From NCBI RefSeq assembly GCF_964355755.1, contig NC_092671.1, forward strand, positions 33,862,304 to 33,926,303: a stretch of 64,000 nt of DNA. The letters run 5' to 3'. The notes beneath the pieces were generated by a model, which worked only from the letters and a program-made list of their open reading frames with translations, had not been told where the DNA came from and did no database searches. Shown piece by piece: positions 12,128-23,761 of the stretch; positions within the stretch are counted from its first letter, which is position 1, and every line of letters begins with the position of its first letter. The DNA is from Antedon mediterranea. Its lineage: Eukaryota; Animalia; Echinodermata. The translations under genes and the position numbers were made by a program.

Positions 12128-12250
12128 GCTTTATTTAATCACGGATACTTAACTCAACTGAAAGTTATTTTTCAGAAAGACCTTAAAATCAGTTAGACCC
12201 CTTTACCGAATCAGTGATCATAAGCCTAACACTTACATTTTACTTGACAT
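7922..12250 (-). CDS. Microexon-encoded small secreted peptide precursor, 78 aa: MSSKIMQSLVVIFVIVFLFHADSAMG-RPPHGLNAG-APPSGLNGE-NHKRVRRDE-GQDRIRRVE-IPPSGLNAAQ-RPPTGR*
   Basis: Exons: 12250-12237, 11668-11604, 10558-10532, 10280-10254, 9678-9652, 9243-9217, 9102-9073, 7941-7916 (TAA at 7924-7922). The six microexons have TTTCAG acceptors (exon 2 TTTTACAG) and all exons have GTAAGT/GTGAGT donors. Phases are compatible. The product has a hydrophobic signal peptide, RVRR and RIRR sites and a terminal GR. Confidence 0.8.
8593..9035. repeat. Diverged ~250-bp tandem duplication in an intron of the microexon gene
   Basis: AGAAAATTAAAG...CATTAGTTTCAAAATATTGATTTTTT...AATAGTAGGCAT occurs at ~8593 and again at ~8849. 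Confidence 0.7.
10601..11000 (+). mobile_element. Diverged relative of the TTAA MITE at 16151-16494
   Basis: Shares AACTTGACCGA, TTTCAGAACAATCGCGA, GACGTCACAAGT, GGTACC and TTTACGATTTATTTAAAAAGTGTGTTTACTA. Confidence 0.6.
12087..12126. repeat. (AAT)n microsatellite
   Basis: Trinucleotide run. Confidence 0.9.
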
Positions 12251-12287
12251 GGTGATACAATAACGCCAACTCGAAGAGTAAGAATGA

Positions 12288-12395
12288 TTTATATCAAATG
12301 AACTAACGCATCAAATAGTCTGAATACTAAATGCTAAATGAAAGGAAGGATGAAGAAGATTGTTATATTAGGACAGTTTGAATGTATATGATTGG
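12288..12395 (-). promoter_or_regulatory. Candidate core promoter of the microexon gene (TATAAA plus CCAAT)
   Basis: Minus-strand TATAAA at 12293-12288, ~40 nt upstream of CACCATG (ATG 12250-12248). CCAAT at 12395-12391. Confidence 0.4.
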
Positions 12396-13428
12396 TCAAT
12401 TACTTTACACTAGATTGGAAGGGACGCGAGTTAGAGGCAAACAATGGGATGGGTCACTGTAGGTGTCAATGTTGACACTGCCCTTCCAGTTTAGGTGTGG
12501 ATTGGCTAAAATTCCAGTGCTCACCTAGTGATTCCCACGCTCACACGAAATACAGAAACTATGGTTATAGCAACTATTTCCATGAAAAAAACAAGACTGG
12601 GTCGTGATAGAAGGTTATAGAGAACAGGATACCTGGAAAAATCATCTATAGCATTATAAATCTATGAATTATAGTTTGTATGAACAATCGTATTATGATT
12701 TTCATCATGATATTCTTGACATACCGCGCTATAGAAATATATAAAACAATACCTTACATCGATATATTATTGATGTTTACATCATCAGTGCAACCTTTCA
12801 GTTTGATTGGAACAAACATAATGTCCATTGTTTGTAAGTGTCACATCCAGTTGTGTGAACTCTCTATCACCGTATGTACGTGGGCCCGGCCGATAATACT
12901 CTGAGCCAATTGAAACAGGCTCACATTGAAAAGTTGAAAGCATCTACATTGACGCGACAGTCTACTGGACACAGTTGATGAACAGTAGTTTACTACTGAA
13001 CAGGCTCACCAGAATAGAGAATAAATAAAAAAATAAAATAATATTAATATAACCGTAGACGCAGAGTTATTATTCGTATAGTTATTGGACCACATATTTA
13101 TTTTTAAGTTATATTACCACATGGCACTGCTATATTTACCCGATTTTTTAGTGCTGTATCTCCTCCTACTATAATATATCGAGTGTAATATGAATATTTG
13201 GCAGCATCTCATTTGTATCACATGCCTGTAAGCATGTAAGTGTTATATACATGAAACAAATGTGATGTTGAATTACCATTATTCATATTACTGAAAAAAC
13301 CTAGACTTCAGTACCGATAATTAATTAAAGTGGGTGCTTTATTTATGATTTATTATACATTTCGGAATATTGTTTCGTATACATAATTATGGATTGGCTT
13401 GTTTAACATAACCCAAGGTGCTTATCTA

Positions 13429-15742
13429 CACTGTAAAACAAATCTGTAATTTTACAGATAATATTCTACATTTTTTGTTTGTTATTTATTTTTACAGCAT
13501 AATTTTGTTAAAAAATACATTTTTGCAGTGAAATTCTCTGTTATATTACGAAATTCCGTAAACTTACTACATATCTCTGTAAATTGACGGGAAAAAATAA
13601 TTTAACAACATAACTGTTGGAATTTTAAATTCATACTGTATTTTTACTGAATGTTTTAGGTAATTAATCTGTAATTTTACAGAGAATATTTTACAGATAC
13701 AGTTTACAAACTAATTATGCTAAAAATACATTTTTACTGTAAAGGTCTGTGTTATTTTACAGAAGACCATAAATTAACTACACATTTGTATATATATTTA
13801 CAAAATTTACAAAAAAATAATTATTCTCTTTGAAAATAAATAATATAAAATTACAGAACAAAATATCTATTTACAATTAACATTTATTTTACTGCCAAAA
13901 TACAATCAAATTCTCTTTTAATTCTACACATTTTCACTGTTTTATTACAGACAATGAAGATATCTAATCTAAATCTGTAATTTGACAAAAATACAGAGAA
14001 TGTTTTACAGATTCATTACGGCATAGGCCTAATGTGTTTTAAAAATATATGTTTGAAAGTGTTCTGTTATTTTACGGACCGTAGGCTGAAATTAACTATT
14101 TTTATTTGTAAATATACAGTAAAATAATTATTCTCTGTGAAAATTAAAAATAGGCCTACTGTATAACAGAACAGTTTCTATTTTCAATTAACATTTAGCC
14201 TACTGTAAAAACACAATCAGTTTTTCTTTAATTCTACACATATCCACTATTAATTTTAATTATTAAAATTAATTCCCTAACTGTTTGGAATTTACATTTT
14301 CGCTGTTTTATACGGACAATGGAGATCTATCTAATTGTTTTCTGTTAGTTTACAGAGAATGTTTTACAGATTAGTTACGGCAATTAATTAATGTTTTGCT
14401 GTAAACCAGAACTTTCTGTTTTTTTTTACAGAATACCGTAAATTAAATATAATTATAAATTTACAGTAGGCCTAAATCATTCATTTTTAATTAACTATTT
14501 AAATTCATTTTTATTGAAATAAATAATATTTTCTTGAAAAAAAAAATTAAACTAACCATCATTTTTTTTTGACACATTGTTTCAATTAATTCATGGGAAT
14601 ATCGGGAAGAATACGTTTTCCCTGTTCATGATCATTCAAACGAAAATCTTCTAGAATCTTCTTCTATTGATTCGAGCACGAATTGGAGGAAAGAGTCAAA
14701 GACAGGAAAGAGGAATCGCATGGCTGGCTGATTCTGGAGATCTGAGTGATCATCTGACCCAGAAGGAGCTACTGTAATATAAGGTCGAACTAACAAGCTT
14801 TTTCATTTGAACTTTTTAAGGTTGGTGAATGTGTAGGCCTACTTATTTGCATCTATATTCACTGCGTTGAGATTAGGTAGCCTAAAAACGAAAGGCCTAG
14901 GCCTATATAGGCCTGGCCCTAGGCTAGTGTAATTAGTATTAGGCATTTATGTAGGCCCTCTATAGCTAGACTTGATAACATATTAGTACTAACTATATTG
15001 GCTAGCTAATTGTTTGTTTAACCTAAGCTGAAATAAAAATACATAGGCCTAAATAAAATTGTAAAATAATGAAACAATATTCTTATTAAATAGCAATAAT
15101 ATAATAAGAAGTAAACAGTAAATAATCATATTACAGTATTGCAAATTGTATATAGAAAGTTGTATTACATTGTCGCCAAACCAATGCATTTATTTATTAT
15201 ACTAAACACTATTCAACGTACTCAATCAAATCATATTCCATGCATTATAGAATTCATAGAAATGTACATAATTTCAACTTTCCCTGTGGTGTTCCAAACT
15301 GTTTTAAAACATTTTCTACTTACTCTGCATTTAACAGTCACATTAGTCGGAATCATAAACAGTATCGAGTGGAAAATTCAGTGGTTATCTTCAGATATAG
15401 GCCTACCTATAAAATGCAATGTTGGTATATGTGAACAGTATTGTAGTGATATGTCCTCTTTGATTAAACACATGAAAACCACATTGATTTTGGCACTCGG
15501 GTAAGTTGTCCCTATAGTTCATGCACAAAATCATTTAATAATAAATTATCGTTCAAGTCTCATGTATCTCGATACCATAGCTCGACTTTTAACCTTATAG
15601 AAAACTCGTACACCAACCGGAACATCGATATATTCTCCACCTCACCCATTTCCTTTTTCTAGAAACAAACCTTTAGTTTGTGTCTTCGTTATTTAAAAAA
15701 ATAGTCCATCAAAAAAGTTATATATTTATATTTACATACCAT
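13429..15742 (+). mobile_element. CACTA/EnSpm-like DNA transposon, left end with subterminal repeats and a disrupted C2H2 ORF
   Basis: Starts CACTGTAAAA, followed by many direct and inverted TTTTACAG/CTGTAA motifs over ~1 kb. A zinc-finger ORF remnant at ~15200-15620 carries a deletion. The right end was not found. Confidence 0.7.
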
Positions 15743-16150
15743 GTATGATTTTCTTCATGGTCAGGAAAGCGACTTATACGTACCACACTATATGTAGAAC
15801 TAACATATCTAAATTAATTCGTCTCCTTTTCCATCCGTGCTTTCAATGAAAAAATACTGTTGAATCACCTTGTAGTTTATTTTGTATAGTGTATCTTTAT
15901 TAAAATTCTTTACTTGTTTATCTTTATTTGTATTTATATTTATTTTGTATGTCATTGCATTTTTATGTGAGCGTTTGTGCCTGTCAAGAATTTCCAAAAA
16001 ACACCAACTAAATCTAAATCTAAATCTGATTTGGATTTAATTATGTTACTTATGTAAATTCCGTTTTTAATGTTATCAAACAGAAACGAGATATTATCCA
16101 TTTTTTTTTAATGGTTCTAATAATGTTGAATATTCTGCACAGTTTGTTAA

Positions 16151-16494
16151 AGGACAACTTGACCGAGGACCATACGACTCATTAGGATTACCCCTCAATA
16201 GGGATGTACATTATGATTTCAGAACAATCGCGATATTTACGATATCGTTGCGCGCGCTCACCGTAAATTGATGCGACGTCACAAGTGCATGGCAAATCTA
16301 CCCTCGCTGTTGTTAAAATACAAGAGATAGGTACCATCACTTCAAATGCTAATTTGATTGAATTCAACATTTATATTTGTTTACGATTTATTTAAAAAGT
16401 GTGTTTACTAAAAATGTTCGCGCAATTGTTCTGAAATCATGATATTTACATCCCTAATACGTTTTTAAAATATGGTTATCGGTCAAGATGTCCT
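16151..16494. mobile_element. MITE with TTAA TSD (Kolobok-like)
   Basis: TTAA|AGGACAACTTGACCGA ... TCGGTCAAGATGTCCT|TTAA. Confidence 0.85.
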
Positions 16495-17913
16495 TTAACA
16501 CCGGCTGTAGCATCAATGGTCGAACTTTTATTTAAGCTAGGTCCGAATAATTGAACACTGGCAAGTGACTGTTTAAACAAACCATTACTTGCCATTACGT
16601 CCGTGCGCTGTGTTCAAATGGGAACTTTCATTATTTCTAACTAAAGTTATTGATTTGTGACCAGTTCGTGGTTCATGAAATGAAACCATCGGCGTTATAC
16701 AGTTTTTAATATCAATAGTTGTCATACAATCATAGTTATAATAGCTACAATGTAAGCATAATATCATAGACTGGCTGCTATTAAGCTTTGGTCCCTGGTA
16801 TAAATTTCAAACAGATTTTATAAAAGTGTTAGGGTTATCTAAAAATGGTGTTGGTAGGCCTATACATTTTCTATAATTAATTAGATGTATTTTTTTTCCT
16901 ATACATAATTATTATTCATAATGTATTTATGAACACATAAAAGTGTTAGGATCATCTAAAACTGGTTTCAGAATAAATTGTTTATAATATTGTATGTATA
17001 TTTCCATATACCGGTACATACAGTATTCTAAATAATGTATTTTTTTTTAGTAACTATCTACTTATGCACGTTTATGTTTGATATCAATAGTATAAATTAG
17101 ATATCCATCATTATAAAAATAGATGGAAATATCATCAAGTACAATGTATGTCATCAGGATGAGTTCCTTAAAAATTAAGCTGTGTACAATCAACAGGTAT
17201 TATTATTGAATAAATCCTAAATTAACTGTAAATAGAAGTGGACGAATAAAGGCAATTTGAAGCAATACAAATAGGACTAGATATTGATTTATTCATAACG
17301 CCATACACATGTACAATGCTGAATTAAAAAAGGTAAACAGTCTTGTTCGTGAAGATAATTAATTGAAGTAATTTTATATCGTATTTTGGCCTACAGTTAT
17401 TAATTAACAGCTTTTTATGCAAAAATGTATTTATGTTTTTGGTTCAGAATGTTATTCAGATTCGACTTGATGTTTTAGATTATATTATACTATTATGTCG
17501 TTTATATTTTTAATATATCGTAAGTATTTTTAACTGCCTAGAGCTTCTAAAATGTATCCAGTAAATAATCTCGGTCTCACTATAATGAAAAAAAGGAAGT
17601 TGCTTATGGGACTTATTTCCAATGGGATCCTCAATAACAATTATGGAAAAGACAAAAAAGAAACAAATTACAATACAAAAAGCATGAATACTATGCAATC
17701 CACATATTGCATACTACCTAGATCAGTAGCATGAGTCAAAGAAGAATGATTGTTTGAACACGTTTAACAGTTAAACACTTAATGTACTGTAATGTGATTC
17801 GTATGGACATTTATAAGTCGATGATATATTTAGATTAAGAAACCAATATATTTATGGATAAGTTTGGATTTACATTACCAGTGTTTATAAGTACACATTT
17901 TACGATACCAGTC

Positions 17914-19035
17914 TTTCAAGTTCAAGTTCAAAAACCATTTATTTATTCAAAAAATGGCATTATACAGTATAATATAATTATAGGTGTGTACATAAATGAA
18001 AACATACTAAGCCATCATTTGGGGTCTTCTCTAGAAGAAAACAAGTTTCTTGTCTCGAGAAAGACCCCAGAAACAATACACATACATTTAAACTAATACA
18101 ATTTACTACATAAAATAATAAATAAAAACAAAAACGATGAAATAAAAATAGATACTTTCAGTGTACTACAATCATAATAATATTAAAATTAGTATAAAGA
18201 AATAAGATATTTTTTTTAATTTTTACGAAAAGTATAAAGAGATTTAAAATGCTTTAGTTTATCATCAAGATCATTCCAGATTCGCGGTCCTGAAACAGAA
18301 ACAAAATATTCGGAAATTGTCAGTCTAAAAGGTACATCAAGATGCTGAAATTTATTGTCGATACGTAAATTGTACTTGTGTGATTTTGTATGATGACTTA
18401 ATAGATTAAACATTGTCACAGGGAGTTTGGTATTAAAGAATTGAAAAATAAAGGAAGCAATTTGTGTTGTAAATAGATCATGTAGACTAAAAATATTGAG
18501 TTTTTTAAGTAAAGGTTGGGAAGGGGCGAGATAGTGAGAGAAAGTAATAATACGGGCAGCACGTTTAATTTGTTTATTAAGTTTTTCTAAATTTGATGGT
18601 TAGTCGGCTGCCCAAATAATGTTGCAATAAAGAAGATGAGGTTGTATAAGGGTGTTATATAACAAGAGTAAGATATGTTGTGGAAAAAAGTGTCTTAATT
18701 TACAAAGGATGCCAATTACTTTAGATATCTTTTTAGATACATACGCTTGATGACTGGTCCATCTCAAGTATTCATGTATATAAACTCCAAGGAATAGTAC
18801 TTCGGGTTTACGTTCAATAATATTATTGTTAATGTAAATATCAAGATTAGAGAAATCAATTTGTCTTTGTTGAGTACGAAATAAAATGTAATTAGTTTTC
18901 TGTACATTAACAATAAGCTTATTTGAGATGAACCAGTCAGTCATTTTATTTAGTTCAGTGTTGACGGTGTTATATAAGACATTGATATCAGAATGAGAAT
19001 ACAAAATTGTAGTATCATCAGCAAAGAATATGAGT
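17914..19035 (-). mobile_element. 5'-truncated, degenerate L2/CR1-group (Crack/Daphne-like) LINE
   Basis: Reads FADDT at ~19025, then NKLIVNVQKTNYILF, FLGVYI and LYNTLIQPHLLYCNIIW, later GPRIWNDL. The 3' tail is AATAAA followed by (TTGAAC)n. Confidence 0.85.
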
Positions 19036-21621
19036 GAATATCAGAGTGTCACTTGATCTAGAAATGGTAAAAAATAAGGCATTTCTGAAATGAAAATAAT
19101 TCTTCAGAATGTACGGTGACCCCTTATTATGGAAGCCAATGAGTATCTGTGATCGATTTTCTTTTAATTTTTAATACATTCTACCTCAACGAATTATGTT
19201 ACTTATGAGTTGGCAATATTTTCTTTTGGATGACGTCATCACGTCTTAAAATTTAAATAACGGTGGTTACGTAATTTTACCTACAAGGTATATTTGAATA
19301 CCTACAGCTCTTTTGATTTAAAGTTTACCTCTATGTTTATATTTTAGTATGATAGCTGGTGAAATGTAGATATGAATTCATACAAAAATTAGGCCTATCA
19401 GATGTTGTGACGTTATCATATGGCCAGTTGAAGTTAAAAGGTAGTTTTTTCATCTCTTTCATCAAAGTTATACAATTTTTAAAGAGCGCGCACGGCCCTT
19501 CTCCGTGCCAAATTTTCTTCCAATTGTTATATTTTATTGCTAAATTCATTATCTTTCGATATTGTTATCCACAAGTTTTTTTTATAATGTCATCAGTGCC
19601 AAAAACTTGAACATGATGTGTGTCTGTAATTTCACCTATGCTACACTGTATATAGATATACACAGTACAGTATATACTGTACATAATTATTGTATATGGC
19701 ATATAATAGGCACAACTCAGCACAAAAAGCGTATAATAGGATGGCATACATCAACATTTTTCGATCGTATGTTAACATACGTGCATGTTTAAAAAATATG
19801 AATGTCAATAAAATGATAAAAATGATCATCTATAATTCGTCAAAGTGACGAATTAAATTCTAGTTGTTTTTTGTTTTTTTGTTGTTGTATCTTTACAGAA
19901 TCTTCGTTGATTCAGTATTCTGAGCCGAGGGAAAATTCAAAGATCACATTTCTCTATTTTTGAGATACGGATTGGGTAGGTTTGGTCAGTATGCGTACAT
20001 TTTTATTCTTTCACTTGGGTCTGTCTTGGGCGATGTTTGATGCTGTGTGGATGTTCAAACCGGTTCATGATATGATGTTTGATTCCTAAGAAGTGTGCGG
20101 TTGTCCTCTGTCTTCGGTACTATCTGTTTTTTCAAAATTTGTATTTGCATTTATGCTTCCAGCACTTCCTCTTGTGACGAGACCGAAGTATCGATTTGTT
20201 TTCAGTGTTTTTGGATTAATCCATGTAAAGCTCCGTTTACACTATCAAACGTATGTGGTGTGCCTAAATATGGTAGTGATATACCCAAATATGGTAGTGA
20301 TATGTCATCATCATGTCTATTATGGGCACCTCATATTTTTTTGTCACAAACATTTTAAAGTTTAGACTGAGCTTAAGGATGTGACAGATTAATTTGAGCG
20401 TTTGACTTGCCAAATGATGTTCATGATATGGCCGTAGCACCTACTTTCAAAAGACGTTATATTTTTTTAGTGCCACCTTTTTTAGCAAGCGTGCTTCACA
20501 CGGTTAGACAGAACAAAATCGTTCAATGTAGTTACATATTATAACCATAATCCCGTTTCAGCTTAGATATAATATGCTTTTTTTTATTCGAAACCTATGT
20601 TTATTTATTCATTTATTTATTTAACAACATATTTATACAGGATAAAACACAATCAAGTAGAAATAAACTTGTTTTGCAATGGGGTTGTCTTAAGATCTGT
20701 ATTTAAAAGTATCTTAAATTTGTTTCATTGTGAAGAAAATGTGCATATATTTTTAATTGCAGTACTAAGAAATAATAATAATATATAACACAAATATAAA
20801 TAACATGACAACTTTTAATGACGGATATTAACCAATAACATCAGTTAAAATTGATATGTATTGTACAAGAAATATTTTTTTTTTTTTTAAACAATGTTTC
20901 TGAATAAAACTGATTGTTGTTAGCCTTATTAGGAGTCTATGGTTGTTATAGCATAATATGTGTTTTGTGATGAAAATTATACGTTGTTTGTTCTTTTAAA
21001 CTAAGACGTTAATATATAATAATGACATAATTACTGTGTACAACATACTACGTTATGCATGCTTTAATATTTTTTCTTCTATTTTTGTGCATTCAGTTTA
21101 AATGTTCACTCGAGTTTGAAGTATGTTTAGTGTACTACAACTATAGCAAACATTAATGTTTACTGTACACAACCTTTGATTTTTACTGGTCTAAAATCCA
21201 TATCTACTTTTAACAAATACGTCTTTTTATATATAAATTTGGAGGATTATACATTTTCCTTCCACTTCGTCAATTTACATATACAAGTTAAGTACAGTCA
21301 TTTATACCATCATACCCACCGGGCCGGACGCAAAACAACGTTAATGAAGCGACAGTTAGACTCAATCACCAATCAAAACGTAACTTATTTTTAGTGCACT
21401 TTCATGATTTCTTACTTAATAATAGGGAAGAGTACACTTTCAATTTCCCTCTTTTCTGCTTAATAACCAACATCAATTTACTTATTTGAATTGTGTGCAA
21501 AAAATGATATTCCTTCTAAGCATTCATTCAAAATAGTTTGTCTCTTACTGGTGTTTTAGAATTGCTTTCAATGCTATATTCAAATATCTTAGTTATGAGA
21601 AATCTCTAGGCCTATATTATA

Positions 21622-23761
21622 TTATTTTTCAAAACAAGCATCATCACTGTCATAATCATCACTCTCCTCGTCACTTTTATTATATTCATTTTTATCTTGT
21701 TCTTCTTCTGATGGAGTTGAACTTTCTTCATCATTAGATTCGTCATCAGATTCGATTTCATCATCACTTGATTTTTTCGATTCAATTTCTGATTCAATTT
21801 CTGATTCACTTTCCTCTAAGAAATTATATTCAAGATATATAAATAGGATTTATCAGTATCAGAATGTAATTTTACCGATTATCGGTACTGTATCTACACG
21901 ATGCCCAGTACATGCATCACATGTAATTCACGAGTATTTCCTAGTTGGCCTATCGTAATAACGTAAACAAATCCTTAACATCATTGCGTTATACAAATGC
22001 GATGCAGTCATAGGCCTATTATTATTATTCCTATGATACTGGGCAAATGTTGTATTATTTGGAGATAAAGCGATAGGAATCGGCTGATTTAAACATATAG
22101 ATATGTTATAAATAATAAAACAGACTATTCAAATATAAAAAAAGTGTATTATATCATACAGTAGTTAATTGAAGTAAATACTAATGTTTAAAACCGCTTT
22201 GTCATATTATATTGCATGGATTAAATTCAATAGTACTCTATATGTCATGAATTAATTACCATTTTCCATGTTGCCTGACTCCACGTGACTTTCATCTTCT
22301 ATGACTGCAATTCAAAAACATTTTAAAACAAAATATTATTATAACACACCTGAATGTATTAGTGATTGTGTTTGCGTGCCGTTTGGTTATTAGTTCTACC
22401 TTTCGGAAAAATTATATATAATTACGATAATTAATGGTTATATTGCATGTTCAACTTTCCGTAAACATTTTGAAAACACTGTCGGCCTACTACTAACCCG
22501 TGTCCGAAATTGAACCGCCGCTTCCTTTCTAATTAGCCAAGCTTCCGGCCTATCCTTTCACAATGCTTCAATGTAAGCAGCGGATTATTTTAATAAAAGT
22601 TTACTTTAGGACAGTAAGTGTGTTATAACACAAATTATTATTTGAATTCGTTGGAATGGAGAGAATATTTCATTTGTTGAAAGATTTAACTTCTCTCCGT
22701 CTCGTTAAATAGAGCTGTCAATCTTTCAACTCATGAAATATTTTGTTACCTTCTAAGTCATAAAAATGTATTATTTGTTATTATGACTGTGAACAAAATT
22801 ACAGTGTTTACATCTACATAATGGAACAAAAAACAGAGTATGCTGAAGATAAATGATGCTACAGTTTGTACTGTTATGTCGGTCATCTTGTGATTACAAG
22901 TACAAAATGTTTACACATCTCTGGCTTGTTACTTAGCATGTACACCGGGTTAATCCGTATTCATAACCAACCCACATTATAAATCGTTTTGATAAAACAG
23001 CGCCATCACAGTACTTGCAGTTATGTTTCATTGATATATGGGCACATTTTTAACGAAGGGCCTATTCACACAACGAATAGTTATCACTTTAAAAAACAAA
23101 CTTCATGCTATTTTACCTTTGTCTAACTCAGTAACCGATTGTCCTTGTTCTTCAAAAAACTCAGTGTTACTTTCATTATCTGTTCAAATGAATAAAAACA
23201 AATTAAAAAACTGGTCATTTTACTAATGTACCGTATTACATTTCCCATAACACGGAACTGTATACAAACGGTTAAACACAGATAGTAAACAACTAAACAC
23301 AAAAATCATACAGAACAAAAATGTTGCAATATTTTGTTAAAGTATTTACAAATAAGCCTTCAGAACAATACAATTTCGATTCCGAAAAATACAAATTAAT
23401 TATAAGGACTTTGTGAAATTTCTTACTTGGTTTGTTGGTTGGTGGAGTAGGAAGTTTAATATTTTAAATACGCAAATTACAACATACTAACCTGTTCCAA
23501 TATCTATGCCTATTGATGATTCACTACCCTGTAAAGTAAACAAAAAAAATAATTAAATCCCCCATTTATACTACGTGTGTTATTGATGATTACATGCTTC
23601 TATTAACTCCCAGATTCTCTGACCACCCTGCTTCTATATCATCTACCTGCTTCTATTATCTCCCTGCTTCTCATCACCCTAAAATAAAAACTTACAAGTT
23701 TGGTATCAGACGGTGAAGACCGAGTTAACATTTTTCGATTTATTCGTCTAACCTCACGCAT
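21622..23761 (-). CDS. Adhesion GPCR cytoplasmic tail exons (Ser/Asp/Glu-rich)
   Basis: MREVRRINRKMLTRSSPSDTKL / GSESSIGIDIGT / DNESNTEFFEEQGQSVTELDK / VIEDESHVESGNMEN / EESESEIESEIESKKSSDDE...DDACFEK*. Confidence 0.65.

Noticed and set aside
19040-20400. Possible additional gene or exons between the aGPCR and the peptide gene (ORFs at 19337-20365)
   Set aside because: I found no coherent splice chain or recognisable domain. The region looks like repeat relics plus a 21-bp direct repeat near 20264-20303.
21612-21809. ORF MNQKLNQKLNRK...
   Set aside because: It is the wrong frame of the acidic last aGPCR exon; splice phase supports the EESESEIES frame.
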